From Cyanophora paradoxa CCMP329 (taxonomy: Eukaryota > Plantae > Glaucophyta), in assembly GCA_004431415.1 (NCBI GenBank), contig QPMI01000453.1, positions 558,001-622,000 on the forward strand: 64,000 bases of DNA, in the 5' to 3' direction. The position numbers were made by a program, and so were the translations under genes. The notes beneath the pieces are model-generated. The model saw nothing but the letters and a program-made list of their open reading frames with translations. It was not told where the DNA came from and searched no databases. This document shows positions 10,017 to 21,927 of the stretch, piece by piece. Every line of letters starts with the position of its first letter. Position 1 is the first letter of the stretch.

Positions 10017-13000
10017 ATGGGACCCAAGACGTCCAAGCTGAGGTGCTACACTTCGGTCGACTGCTTGGGTGAGCCGGCGTACGCCGTCGACAGGTGCGCA
10101 CTGCGGCATGCGCGACTCTGCCCCGCCGATATCGAAATCAATCGCGTCCCGCGGCCGCTATGCACATATATATATGCATGGCCGCGAGCTCTGAGCACGA
10201 ACCGCGCATGGCGTGCGCAGCACTGGATCCGTTTCGTCCATCTGCTCGAAAGATGCGACGTACGTCTCCGGCAAGGCGAAGGACAGCGACACATGCGTTC
10301 CAGCCAAGCTGTTATGCTACAGTGGCCAGTGCGCCCCCGGCCCCGGCCCGGCGCCCTGCCTTTCTGTCTGTGCTGCAGTCCGCGTCACTCATGATCATTT
10401 ACATTGCTGCTTCGGCCTGCAGGGGATGCTCCGGCACCGTCTCGCTTGGGAGAGATCCTGCCTCGGGCAGCCTGGTCTCAAAGTAGTGCGCACATGCGTC
10501 GATCGCATGCATATGCCTCGCCCCTTCAAGTCATTGAATCGGTTGCGCCCGCCTGATCGACACCCGTGCACGTGACCCCAGCCAACCGGAGGGCACGTCG
10601 AACGAGGACGCGTTCCTCCGCTGCCCCGTGCGCGAATTTCATTCATATATATATATAACATAAGCACATGCAGCCATGTGTATGTATACGTATACGTACA
10701 CTCGTCAACCTGGCTCGGGCTAGCGTTCGAATTCAAGAGTTTTCTCTCCCCTTCTGTCTAAAGCTCTTTTCACAATTGCAAATTCAGCCCTTATCGAATT
10801 GTATACACGTCAGCCTGGCTCGGGCTAGCGTTCAAGAGTTTCTCACTCTCCCCATCTGTCTGAAGCTAATTAAGATAGCTGTTCATATCTTTCCGCGCGA
10901 GCGCATTGCGCCGACGTCGACGCCGCCGGGCCGTCTCTCTGCAGAAGGGGACCAGCAGCTTCAAGGATGCCGATGCGACCAGCTGCGGCACGGCTCACAA
11001 GGAGGTGGAGTGCCACAAGAGCTTCGATTGCTCGAGCACCGGGGCCGACGTCACCGACGTTCTCGACCCGCGCGCGCGATCGCCGCCTCGCGCTCTAGAT
11101 TTGGCCATCTAGATCTGTGCATGCATTCACATAAAAGGGTGGCGCGCTTCCGGGCCCGTTTGATCGACTTCGCGATCGGGAATGCAGCGCCAAGTGCCCT
11201 CCCACCACGGCGAGCATGCGAGTGCAGACGCTGGCAGCGGACGGCGCGAGCTATTCGGCTTCCTGCGTCCGCACGGCCGCCCTCTGCTACGCAGATACTC
11301 AGTGCAAAAATGCTTTGGCGATCGCCAAGGACGCGGCAGGCAACGTTCTCAAAGAGTAGTGCGAAGCTTTCTCGTGATCAGTCACCCGCGAGCTTGAGCT
11401 CAGATCAAATTTTGATTTGTCGCCTAATGCAAGTGTGCCGCCTGCCTGCCTGCAGCAAGCCGGCTGGCGTGTCCAACGAAGAAGCGTTCCGCCGCTGCCC
11501 CGTGCGTTCAAGCTATTTATTTGATATCGATTTGACGAATACACGAATTCGAATCGCTTCGAGCTGACGGCGCCGGCGTTCGCATGTCTTCCAGGTCGGC
11601 ACAGATGGCGTCAAGGATGCCGGCAGCGATGCATGCTCCCCCGCCGTTCAAGCTCTTGAGTGCCACAAGGCCTTCGATTGCACCTCACCTGCGGGCGACG
11701 TCACCACCTTTTACGACACAAATATTCAAAACCTGAACGCGTGCGCAATGAATATTCTATCTTCTGCGCATGCTTCGCGATCGCTTTAAATAATGAGAAT
11801 CGCTTTATTTCGTGCACGCAATTATTTAAACGTGTTCCGCCTGCAGCCTTAAATGCCCGGCGACCACGGCGAGCTCTGTCAAGCCGGTCGCTTCGTTGGA
11901 TGGCACGGAACACGTGCAGAAGTGCAGCCACACGGCTGCACTCTGCTACTCTGACAAGGACTGCGCGTCTGCACCGACGATCGCCAAGGACGCGGCTGGC
12001 AACATTCTCAAAACATAGTGCGAAGTTTCCTCGGTCCTGCGCATGCGTGCTCGAGCATGAGCTCCGATCATATTACGATCCGCCGCCTAACGCAAGAGTT
12101 GCGTCTGCTTGCAGCAAGCCGGCTGGCGTGTCCAACGAAGAAGCGTTCCGCCATTGCCCCGTGCGTTCATGTTGTTTGTTAAATTTTACGAATGCACGAC
12201 TTTATAATCAATTAAGTATATATAAGTGGCTTTTCAATTGAGCCGATGGCACGTCTTGCAGGTCGGCACGGATGGCGTCAAGGACGCCGGAAGCGATGCA
12301 TGCTCCCCCGCCGTTCAAGCTCTTGAGTGCCACAAAACCTTCGACTGCAATTCCCCTATGGGCGATGTGACCACCGTGTACGACATACACGCGTGCGCAT
12401 GACATTTTTTCTGCGCATATGCATGCTTAGACTTCGGCGTACGCGTGACCGTACGATTCCACGTGTAAATATATTGAAATGTCCTGCAGGGGGTCATGCC
12501 CCGCAGATACTACGCTCAGCGTACAGTCCTCGGACGGGAAGTGCCAACAAATGGCTGTCAAGTGCTTTTCTGAGCGCTATGGATTTCCTACTTCGGTCGC
12601 TCCGCATTTGAGCCAGTGCCCGGAAGGTTCCAATTAATGAATATTTGTCGACGTCCACGTGCAATGATGAATGCATCGTGAGTCGTGACCGCGCGCAGGG
12701 ACGGCGGCAGCAATGACTTTTGACCCCTCGACTGGAGAACCCGTAGATTACATAGCTTTTGCACAGTGCTTCAAGAACGCGGATTGGTGATCACGCACAT
12801 GATTTCTCGTAGTTTCATCGATATCAGAACCTGGTCCGAGTTGAAGTTTAATGCTCGCCCGCCATCGCAGCAAGCGCGTTCCGGGGGTCGATCCTGTCTA
12901 CATCAGAACAGAATCCGATCCGTACGCTGCAGCTGCGAACTGTTGCTGTCGCTGCGCTGTCGCATTATATATCGCTTATACTGTATACGTATACGCTTCC

Positions 13001-14203
13001 CTGTCGCTGCTTATACTGTCGCTGGGCTGTTGCATTTTATTGTGCAGCACGATCTGTCGCACCGTTCCTGGCGCCGTGGCCACAATTAACGAAAGTGAAC
13101 AGTGCGGACCCGTCCACCCCCTGTGCTTTGCCGAAGTGAGTTCAATTCACTAAGAACGATCGTCCGAACTTCGGAGTGACATCGACCTCGCTTTGGCTCG
13201 CGCGCGAAGGAAAGCTGCGAGGGAGAGTCCAAACTTGGATCCGCAGTCGACGTCGGGATCGGAAGGAAAGACTACTGGAGGGTGGAGTGTCCTGCCGGTT
13301 CGAAGAGCTACGTTGACCATCTCTCCTTCAGAGCCCACTGCCTCCCGTTGGTTCGTGCTGCGATGACGCGAATACCGCCGATCCGCCGACCAGCCTCTTA
13401 TCCGATCCGGCAGGCGAGGTGCCACATGGACGAGGTACGAGATATTTGCCCTGGAAGTCTTATGATGCGTTGAAGCTCGAGCTCCCGGAAGAATTGCGAG
13501 GATCTTGAAACATCGATGACCTTGACGTCGAATTATGCGACTGAGCGCGTAGCTATAGCGCAAAGCGATTCCACATACGTCACGAAGCAACTCTGTCCGA
13601 GGTCGACATCCTATGGCTTCGCTGCGCTGCATGAACTGGTAGCTAAGCTGAAGCTATGCGTGCAGTACCTTCGTCGCGAGCTGGTCGCTTGGCGATTGCA
13701 AGCTCCTTCCAAAGTGCGCTGAATTGCGAACATCCATCACGTATACTTATATACGAAATGGAAATCTCTTAATTTGCTTGCGTGCAGACAAGACGCGAGC
13801 CTTCTCCTCGATGACGAAGCCAACGTTACTGCCATCGACGAGTGCACGGAGCTTGAGGTGCGCCTCTTCCCACTCATAGCGCTCGCGATCGAATTGCCCG
13901 CGCGACCGTCGGATAGCGATCGGATAGCGATCGGATAGCGATCGGATAGCGATCGGATAGCGCTCAAATTCAAGCGACCGTCGGACAGGATATCGAAATC
14001 GAGAACGACTACGAAGAAGTCGACGCCCTGTACCACGAAACAGAGCTGGAGGTGCGCGCGCTATTACTGCATGTACCTGAAATTATTTACATATATGAAG
14101 CCACTGCTGAGCTAATGTCTCAATCCTTGAGTTTGTGCTGAGATTGCACTCGAATTCGAAATAGGCTGCTTCCGCAATGGTGGGCCTGGCGGAGGCCGCG
14201 TAG
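10017..14203 (+). CDS. Cys-rich repeat protein, copy 3
   Basis: Same exon series as 2561-6850, nearly identical to ~12.0 kb and then strongly diverged. It ends DIEIENDYEEVDALYHETELE | AASAMVGLAEAA* (TAG 14201-14203). One donor is GC instead of GT (11070). Confidence 0.65.
13910..13962 (+). repeat. 11-bp tandem repeat CGGATAGCGAT (~5 copies) in an intron
   Basis: Directly visible; absent from the paralogous intron near 6570-6590. Confidence 0.9.
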
Positions 14204-14469
14204 CTCCTCGAATATTCCGCACAAGTCAAGGCTGCTCCAGGCGGATCCGGAAAGGAGCCAGCCATATGAATCGCAGAATTCAAAATGAATCGGTATTTTT
14301 TTGGACTTCGAATCGCCGAGCTGGAGCTCGAGCTAGCGCTCCAGCTCGCGATCGGGCGCCAGCGCAATACATGCCGGCGCCGACTGAATCTATATCTCGA
14401 GTCTTCCGCGCGAGAGACTTTTGTTTGTTCAGAAAAGCCGGGCGGGGCGGACAGACTTTTGCGGGACAG

Positions 14470-15286
14470 AGCGGGGCGGGGCCGGGCGGGGCGGGGCGGG
14501 GCGGGGTGGGGATAGAGGCTTGATCTAAGCTTGAGGCGGGAGCGGGCCCCGGGGCCGGCGCCGGGTCAGCGCGGCGGGGCGGCGCAGAGCGGCACGGGGC
14601 AGATCTAGAGCGGGGCGAGGCGCCGCGGCGGGGCGGGGAGGGGTGGGGAGGGGCGGGCCCGGGGTCAGCGGGGCGGGGCGGGGCGGGAGGGGGCTGAAGG
14701 GGCAGGGGGGGGCGTGGCGGGGCGCGGCGCGGCGGGGCACGGCAGGGGTATAAGATGGAGGCTCAAGCCAGTTTGAGGCTCGAGGCGGGAGGAGGGGCGG
14801 GGCGGGGTTGGGGTAGAGGCTTGAGCTAAGCTCGAGGCGAGGAGGGAAAAAGGGGGGGGGGGAGGTAGAGGCTTAAGCTAAGCTTGAGGCGGGGCGGGGG
14901 AGGGAGCGCGGGGGGCAGAGGCTTGAGCTAAGATTCAGGCGGGGCGAGGCGGGGCGGGGCGGGGCGGGGCGGGGGTATAGGATGGCAGCTCAAGCTAGGC
15001 TTGAGGCGGGGAGGGGGGTACGGCACGGGGCGCGCGCCTGCAGGACGGCTTCGAGCAGGTCGGGCCCCCCTTCGAGGCCTGCGCGAGGGGGTTCAGCTTT
15101 CGGGGAGGGGGGGGGGGAGACGGGGGTACGGACCGCCGGCGAAGACGGAGGAGTCGATGCGGGAGGGGGCCGGGCCGGGCATCCAGGGGGGGTTGCAGAG
15201 GATCAAATCCACGGAGCCGGGCTCCAGGCCCTCGGGCAGCGCGGCGGGCTCGCGCAGGAAGCGGCAGGCGGCGGAGAGGCGGAGAG
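14470..15286 (-). pseudogene. Inverted partial duplicate of the methyltransferase 3' exons and minisatellite intron (17142-17770)
   Basis: Encodes LRLSAACRFLREPAALPEGLEPGSVDLILCNPPWMPGPAPSRIDSSVFA | GLEGGPDLLEAVLQ on the minus strand. It lacks SAM motif I and the last exon. Confidence 0.8.
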
Positions 15287-15930
15287 CGTGCGCATGCGGG
15301 CGGGCGGGCGGGCGGGCGGGCGGGGCGGACCGTCGGACCGCCAGCGAAGATGGACGAGTCGATATGGGAGCTGAAGGGATCCGAAAGGAGAACGCCGGGG
15401 CCAAGGCTGCCGCCAAGCTGCTGACTGCCCGTGGCCCCGCGGCCGCGGCCGGCGCTGACGACAGTCGCGGGGGGCGCCGGCGCCGCCCCGCCCCGCGCAT
15501 GCGCAGCCCCACGTACACGTGCACGGTCCGCATGTGCGCGGGCATGACGGACATGGTGCGCATCATGGCATGCGCGCGAGCGCCCGGCGCGGCCCGGCCG
15601 CGACCGCACTGCGAGCATGCGCGCGCGCGCGCATGCATATGGGCGGAGCGACGTCGACCGCGCCCGCGCGCGGCCGCTTTCCGCTTGACATCCTGGCAGG
15701 AAGCCCATGGCTGCCACACGCCGCCTCGCCTCTCTGCTAGCGCGTCAACGCGTCAGCCGCGCGCGCGACCCGCGCCGACGGACCCCGTTTCATTCGACGC
15801 ATGTGCAGAGACTCACGTGCATGAAAATGGCTCGTCGGAACTGCGGTGTTGAATCCGAGCGGCTGGCTGAGGCTTCGGCTCGGACACGTGTACCCCGCCA
15901 CCAGCCAGCACCGCGCTCATCGGCCCAGCG

Positions 15931-18027
15931 ATGGCGACTGTCGTGCGGGCTCTGGCATTGCGTATACAGACCCAATCGATCCGGATCGCGAGCGGCGGAC
16001 CGTCGCTGGCAGCCTCATCGCTGCGCCGGGCGGGCACGCGCAGCTCGCCTCGCAGCTCCCGCGGTGGCGTACGCGAAGAGGAGAGCACAGCGGAGACGCG
16101 GCGAAGCTCCCCTCGTCGACGCCCAGCGCAGCTGCCGTCGCCGCCGAGCACACGCCAGCAGACGAGTCCAACAGCTGGATTCGTCGAGGAAGCGCGGAAT
16201 GCCCGTCCTAAAACGCTTGCAGCTTCGGCCGAGCCTCCGGAAGCGCGGCGGGAGAGCAACGGCGGCGCGGCGGCCGCGCTGGAGATCGGCGGGAGCGGTG
16301 ATCGCAGGAGATCCGCTGCGGCGGCGCCGGCGGCAGCAGCGGAGGGCGGGAAAGACGTCGTGGGAGACAACAGCCGCGCGCGGGACGTGTACCACCTGCT
16401 GAAGGGCGGCGCGAGCGCCGAGTTCCGCGGCACGTACCGAAACCTCGTCACCCTCACGTACGCGTCGCCTCTGAGCTGAGCGGAGCTGAGCTGACGCGGG
16501 CGCGCGCTCGCAGGGCGGCCCTGTCCCGCCTGTGCGACAGCGAACGGGAGGCGAAGCAGCGGAGGAGGAGAGCGGCGCCGGCCGCGGAGGGCGAGCGGGA
16601 GACGCTCCGCCGCCTCTACGAGCAGGAGCGCGCCGCGAAGGAGCAGAAGGCTGCGATCCTGTCCCGGCTCCACGTGCAGATGGTGTGCCGGGGCGAGCCG
16701 CTCCTCTCCAGCCGCCTCTCCCTCGGCCTGGACGCCGATTCGATCTCCGGCGCCGGAGCCGCGCCGGACGTCCCCGCACACGCCGTACCGGAGGCGCGCC
16801 GCGGGGCGGCGCTGCGGATGGCGTTCGCGGAGTACCGCGCGCGGGTCGCGGCGGCGGAGATGGAGCGGAGGGGGGTACCCGTGCCCCAGCTGGGCCCGGA
16901 GGCGCGCCTGCACCCCGTCTGGTCCGTCTTTCCCCCTACCCGGGCCGACTACCTGGACCTGGCCGCCCAGCTCCTTCGGACCTGGCGCTCCTCGGGGCGG
17001 CCCTGCCGGCTCGCTCTGGACGCCGGCTCAGGTTCCGGGGTACTCTCTTTCCTAGCCGCCCGCCTCGCCGGCTTCGGCAGCGTCCTCGGCACCGACGCGG
17101 CGCCGCTCGCCGCCGCCTCGGCCCAGGCGGACGCCCGTCGGCTCCGCCTCTCGGCCGCCTGCCGCTTCCTGCGCGAGTCCGCCGCGCTGCCCGAGGGCCT
17201 GGAGCCCGGCTCCGTGGATTTGATCCTCTGCAACCCCCCCTGGATGCCCGGCCCGGCCCCCTCCCGCATCGACTCCTCCGTCTTCGCCGGCGGTCCGTAC
17301 CCCCGTCTCCCCCCCCCCCCCTCCCCGAAAGCTGAACCCCCTCGCGCAGGCCTCGAAGGGGGGCCCGACCTGCTCGAAGCCGTCCTGCAGGCGCGCGCCC
17401 CGTGCCGTACCCCCCTCCCCGCCTCAAGCCTAGCTTGAGCTGCCATCCTATACCCCCGCCCCGCCCCGCCCCGCCCCGCCCCGCTGAACCCGGGCCCCGC
17501 CACCCCCTTCCTCCCGCCTCAAGCCTATCTCAAGCCTGTACCCCCGCTCCCCCTCCCCGCCTCAAGCTCAGCTCAAGCCTCTACCCCCCCCCCCTCACCC
17601 CCGCCTCAAGCTTAGCTCAAACCTTTGCCCCCCCCCCTCCTCCCCCTCCCCCCGCACCCCACACCGCCCCGCTCCGCCCCGCTCTGTCCCGCCCCGCCGC
17701 GACCCCCCACGCCGCCCGCTCCGCCCCGCCCCGCCGGCCCCGCCGCGCTGACCCCGGGCCCGGGGCGCAGGGGGCGCCCGACCTGCTCTCGGAGCGGGGC
17801 CGCCTCTGGGTCCTCTTCAGCGACCTGCCCCAGCGCCTCGGGCTCCTGCCCCGGACCACGTCCCCGCCCTCGCCGCCGCCCGCGGCCTCCGCGTCGCCGG
17901 GCGCCACAGCGCCCCCTCCTCCACCGCCCGCGCCGCCCGCTCTCCGGGCGCCGGCGCCGGCGCGGGGCCGCTGGAGGCCGCGCGGGCCGCTGAGGTCGTC
18001 TCTCTCTACGAGCTCGAGCGGGCCTGA
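15931..18027 (+). CDS. Class I SAM-dependent methyltransferase (bacterial MTS-domain, NPPW type) with an N-terminal extension
   Basis: Motif I LALDAGSGSGVL and motif IV DLILCNPPW, plus GVPVPQLG..LHPVWSVFPPTRADYLDL, LWVLFSDL and C-terminal PLEAARAAEVVSLYEL. One missing C in a C-run near 17850 shifts the frame. Confidence 0.8.
17420..17620 (+). repeat. Intronic minisatellite (ccgcctcaagc...ctcaagcctcta + C-run)
   Basis: Several ~45 bp degenerate units, mirrored and expanded at 14510-15010. Confidence 0.75.
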
Positions 18028-18393
18028 TCGATTCGCGAATCTTGCGTTGGTTTCATTTAGAGCCTAAGTTTCACGGCTTTCGCTGGCTGACCTTAGCATG
18101 TGTTATTTAAATTTTGTCTCCGAAACGGTGAAGGCTTTAAGGCTTCATGGCCTCGCACTCCCGAAGTGGATTCTAAAATCTGGAATTCGAAGTGGATTCG
18201 AAGGGGCGAGACATCAGTTCGTTCAAATAAATTCACGCGTACAGACTGTACATTTCCTGTACCGTAGTTCATCGAACGCGCTCGCTCGCGCACAGTGGCA
18301 CTGTACATCGAAAGCACAGACGCCTTCGATCGCTCGCAGCGGCCGCAGCGGCCGATCGGACGCCATCGGGCGGCGCGGCGGCGGCGGGCGGGC

Positions 18394-19159
18394 TCAGAGC
18401 ATGGCGGCGTCGCGGTCGGCGAGGGCGGCCAGGTCGTAGAGCGCGCCGGCGTCGCCCTCGGCCTCCGCCCCGTCCGCAAGCGGGCCCTCCTCCCCCTGCC
18501 CGCGCCCCGTCAGATCCAGGCGCCGGCGGGCGGCCGGCCGCGGGCGGGCGGGGAACTTGGAACGGACGTCGGCGGCGGGGGCGGCGGTGTCGTCGGCGAA
18601 GAAGAGGTCGCCGCCGGCCGAGTAGGCAAGGTACGCGTCCGCCCCGTCGGCGCCGACGAGGTTCGTCTCCGCGTCGAGGAGCATGGCCGGGATGAACTTG
18701 TACAAGTACGGCGTGCCGTTCGGGATGTCGTTCAGGTCGTCGTCGCTCAGGCCAGTCTTAACGAGGTTCTGCCTAAGAATGACGCCTCGGGCGGCTTCCG
18801 TAAGCGCGTCCTTCTGCGCCAGACTGAGACTGCCCACCGGCAACATGTCCGCCCTGCGAAGAGAATGTCGTCATCGACTGCGGTAACGATAATACGGTGT
18901 CACTCGAGTTCAGCGACTCGGAGACACGCACTTGGCTAGCACGGCCCTCGGGTAGTCGGAAGCGTCGGTCAGTTTCGACCGCAGAACTTCTCCCTCGACC
19001 TGGAACACGGTCTGGGCGCCAGGGCTCATGGTGACAGCGTTCCGACGCTCGCGCCTGAGGAGCGTGGCGTCCGAAATCAGAGCTCAAACGTTTACCACGC
19101 ACTGCCGCGGCCGCAGTGCGGCAAACAAAAGCACGTCAGAGCCGGACGCACCCTGCCAT
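18394..19159 (-). CDS. Hypothetical protein (4 exons)
   Basis: Splices cleanly: MAG | RERRNAVTMSPGAQTVFQVEGEVLRSKLTDASDYPRAVLAK | ADMLPVGSL...KFIPAMLLDAETNL... | GEEGPLAD...DAAML*. Confidence 0.65.
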
Positions 19160-19461
19160 TGCTTCCAGAAAGGTCGACGAAGTGAACGAAAGGAGTCCGA
19201 AGGCCCGACGGTCGGTCGGACGTGCTAACGGCCGCGGTGATGTGGTCGCTGATAAAGATGGACCTTATCCGCTCACTTGGGGGTACCACCTCTTACATCA
19301 CATCATCATGACATCGACCTCACGGGGGTACAGATTAGTGAACGAACTCAAGCTCAAGTCTCACGGCTTAGAGCCGTCAGCTAGGCTACAACAATTTTGA
19401 ATTTAGGCAGTCTCTAGCGAGCCGCCAGAGCGCCGCCCGAGCGCGTGGCGCTGAGCACGCG

Positions 19462-21759
19462 ATGGCTGCGGCTGCGGCGAGCGGACCATCGGCCCTGCAC
19501 CCGCCGCTCGAGGCCGTGCTCAACGGGACCGTGGAGCAGATAAAGCGAGTCGTGCGGTTGACGAGCAGCGATGACATCGATGAGAACGGTCTGTGCGATG
19601 CGCGGGCGATCGACAGGCTCGCAGCTGACCGCTCCGGCAGCCCTCCACCGTATCGCCACCCAGGTCGTCCGCCGGCTCTCGGCGGAGCGCCTGCCATTTG
19701 CCGTAGTCGTCAAGCAGATCGCCGAAGAGTGCGTTAGGTTTTGCACATCATGCACGTCCGCAAGCCGACGCGGCGCAGGTACGAGGCGGAGCAGCGGCAG
19801 GCGGCCGGACTGCAGGCGCCGCCGGAGAAGCACGCGGCGTATCAGCTCTCGCCGCTTCCGGATAGATTTCAAACTTACACACAGCCGCATAGCTACGTTC
19901 GGCCCCCGCAGGCCCAGGCGCCTCTCTCGGCGGCTCCGCCGGCACCGGCTGCCCATCAGCCACCAACGGCTCCAGCACCGCAGCCGGGAGCTCAGCAGGA
20001 AGAAACCCGCTCGCAGGCGTTCACGGCGCTCTCCCAGATCGGAGCGCTTGCAGCCCAGGCTTCGAAGCATTCCGCCAGCGCCGACGCGGCGGCGGCGATC
20101 CCGTCCGACGCCGCTCTCGCTGCCATTCTCGGCGCGTGGGAGCCGCCCCCGCCCCCGCCGCACTCGCAACAGCAGCCCGCGGCCTCATCCTCGCAGGCCG
20201 CGTACGCAGCGGCGGCGGCGGCTCCGCCTCAGCCCGCCGCTGAGCGCCCGTACCCGTACGCGGCGGGCCAGCCGCCGGCGCCGCACTCGCGGCCGCCCCT
20301 CCCGCCCTCCAGAAGCGTTCGGGGGGAGCCCTCCGGCGGCCCTCCCCCGGGAGCGCCCGCGCAGCCGCCCGGAGGCGTTGCCTGGCTCCCCTACTCGCCC
20401 TCCTTTTCGCAGGCGGCGCCGCCGTCGCAGCCGCCTCAGCCGCAGGGACATGTACAGCTCCCCTCGTCCCCCAGCCTCGTGCAGGCGCCGCCCCATGGCC
20501 AGGGCCCGCACGCCTCAAGCTTCGCCCAGGCAGCCCCGGCGCCCGAGCCCGCCCCCGAGCGACCCCGCGCCGTCGTGACCCTCCCCTACTCTCCGTCCTT
20601 ATCGTACCCCTCCGGATCCACTGCCCCTTCTCCTGTACCCCCCGCGTCCTCCAGCCGGGATCAGGCCCCCCATCTCGCCCACGGTGCCTACGGCCCGGCG
20701 GCGCCCCACGCCCCCGCCACCTCAGCACCGCCGCCGCCCGCAAGCCCCCTCTACTACAGCGCTCCGGTGCCCCCCGCGGGTGGCGAGCGGGCGTACCCCT
20801 CCTCGGCGGCAGCCGCTGCCATCAGCGCGTACGCATCGGTACCCTCCTACGCCGCACCCCGGGTACGCTTTCTCTTTCTTCTTCGTCTTCGCTTTCTTCT
20901 TGCCCCCTCGCCCTGATCATCGAAGCCCGAGCAGCCGCGGTCGCTGAGCCCGCAGCGGGTGCGGGAGTCGGCGGGAGCGGGGCTGGAAGTCGACCTCTCC
21001 AACTTCGATCTCTCGGAGCTCGCGCCTGCCGCGCGGCTCGCCTCCTCTTCCTCCCCCTCCTCCTCGGCCGCTGTTGCGGCGGCCGCGCGGCACCGCTACC
21101 CCTCCGGACGCCACCGCTACGCCGCTCCAGAAGTGGAGGAGGAGGAGGAGGCGGCGGCGGCGGCGCTCGCGGACCCCGCGGGGCGCCGGAGCCAGGGTCA
21201 GGGCCAAGGCGAGGACGACCCTTTGAGCCGTTTCTACAGTGCGCTCTCTCGTTCTTTCTTCTCGCGCCTTCCTCTTAGACATCTTAAAAGCATGCGCGGC
21301 ACAGGCCTCGCGGGCCTGCCCGACGCTCGGTCGCCCGCGGCGCGGGGTGCAAGCGACCCTTTGGAGGAGTGGCGGCGGGGACGGGGCCGGGAGCGCCGGG
21401 GCCCCGCCGCCGCCGCCGCCGCCGCTGCTCCGAGAAGGCCGTACGAGTACGAGCCGACGGACGACGAGGGGGCCGGGGCGGAGGCCGGGGCCAGCGGGGG
21501 GTACGCGTACGCGTACGCCCACGAGCCGCGGCGCTCGGCCTCTCCCCCCGCCCGCCGCTCGGGGGCGGGCGCCGGCGGCGCCGCCAGGAGCCGCGGCTCC
21601 TCCCGCTCGCGCTCCCCGCTGCGCTCCTCGCTGGCCCGGACGGCCCTCGGCTCCCGCTCGGCTTTGCCGCCCGCGGCGGGGCCCCGCGTGCGCCTGGCCA
21701 CCTCCCCGACCCGCGAGTTCGAGCGAGGCTTCCTGTATGGGCGCAGCTCCGCTTACTGA
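19462..21759 (+). CDS. Pro/Ala-rich hypothetical protein with a short helical N-terminal domain
   Basis: MAAAAASGPSALHPPLEAVLNGTVEQIKRVV... joined by canonical introns to ORFs 19741-20916 and 20959-21759. Confidence 0.6.
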
Positions 21760-21927
21760 TTTGTGTGAGAACGAATTCATCGTATATATACTACAAGGAA
21801 ACGCTCCCCTACTAGGCTAGCTCGCTCTAGCTTCTGGTATTTGAGGCTGGCGATCTAGTGCTAGAGAACGATCGTTGGCGTTTGCTTAAACCTCTCCTCG
21901 TGCGCTGAGCAAGGCCGAGGGCCGGGC

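Larger units (their letters stand above)
8485..10420. repeat. Diverged inverted duplicate of block 1-1822 (MITE cluster plus 5' part of the Cys-rich gene)
   Basis: 8485-8600 is the reverse complement of 1715-1822, and 9255-9290 of 1190-1226. The MITE sits at the same site. 9780-10420 is the reverse complement of 1-575. Confidence 0.85.

Noticed and set aside
17845-17855. Programmed frameshift or pseudogenisation in the methyltransferase
   Set aside because: A single missing C in a homopolymer, with conserved sequence on both sides, is most simply a sequencing error.
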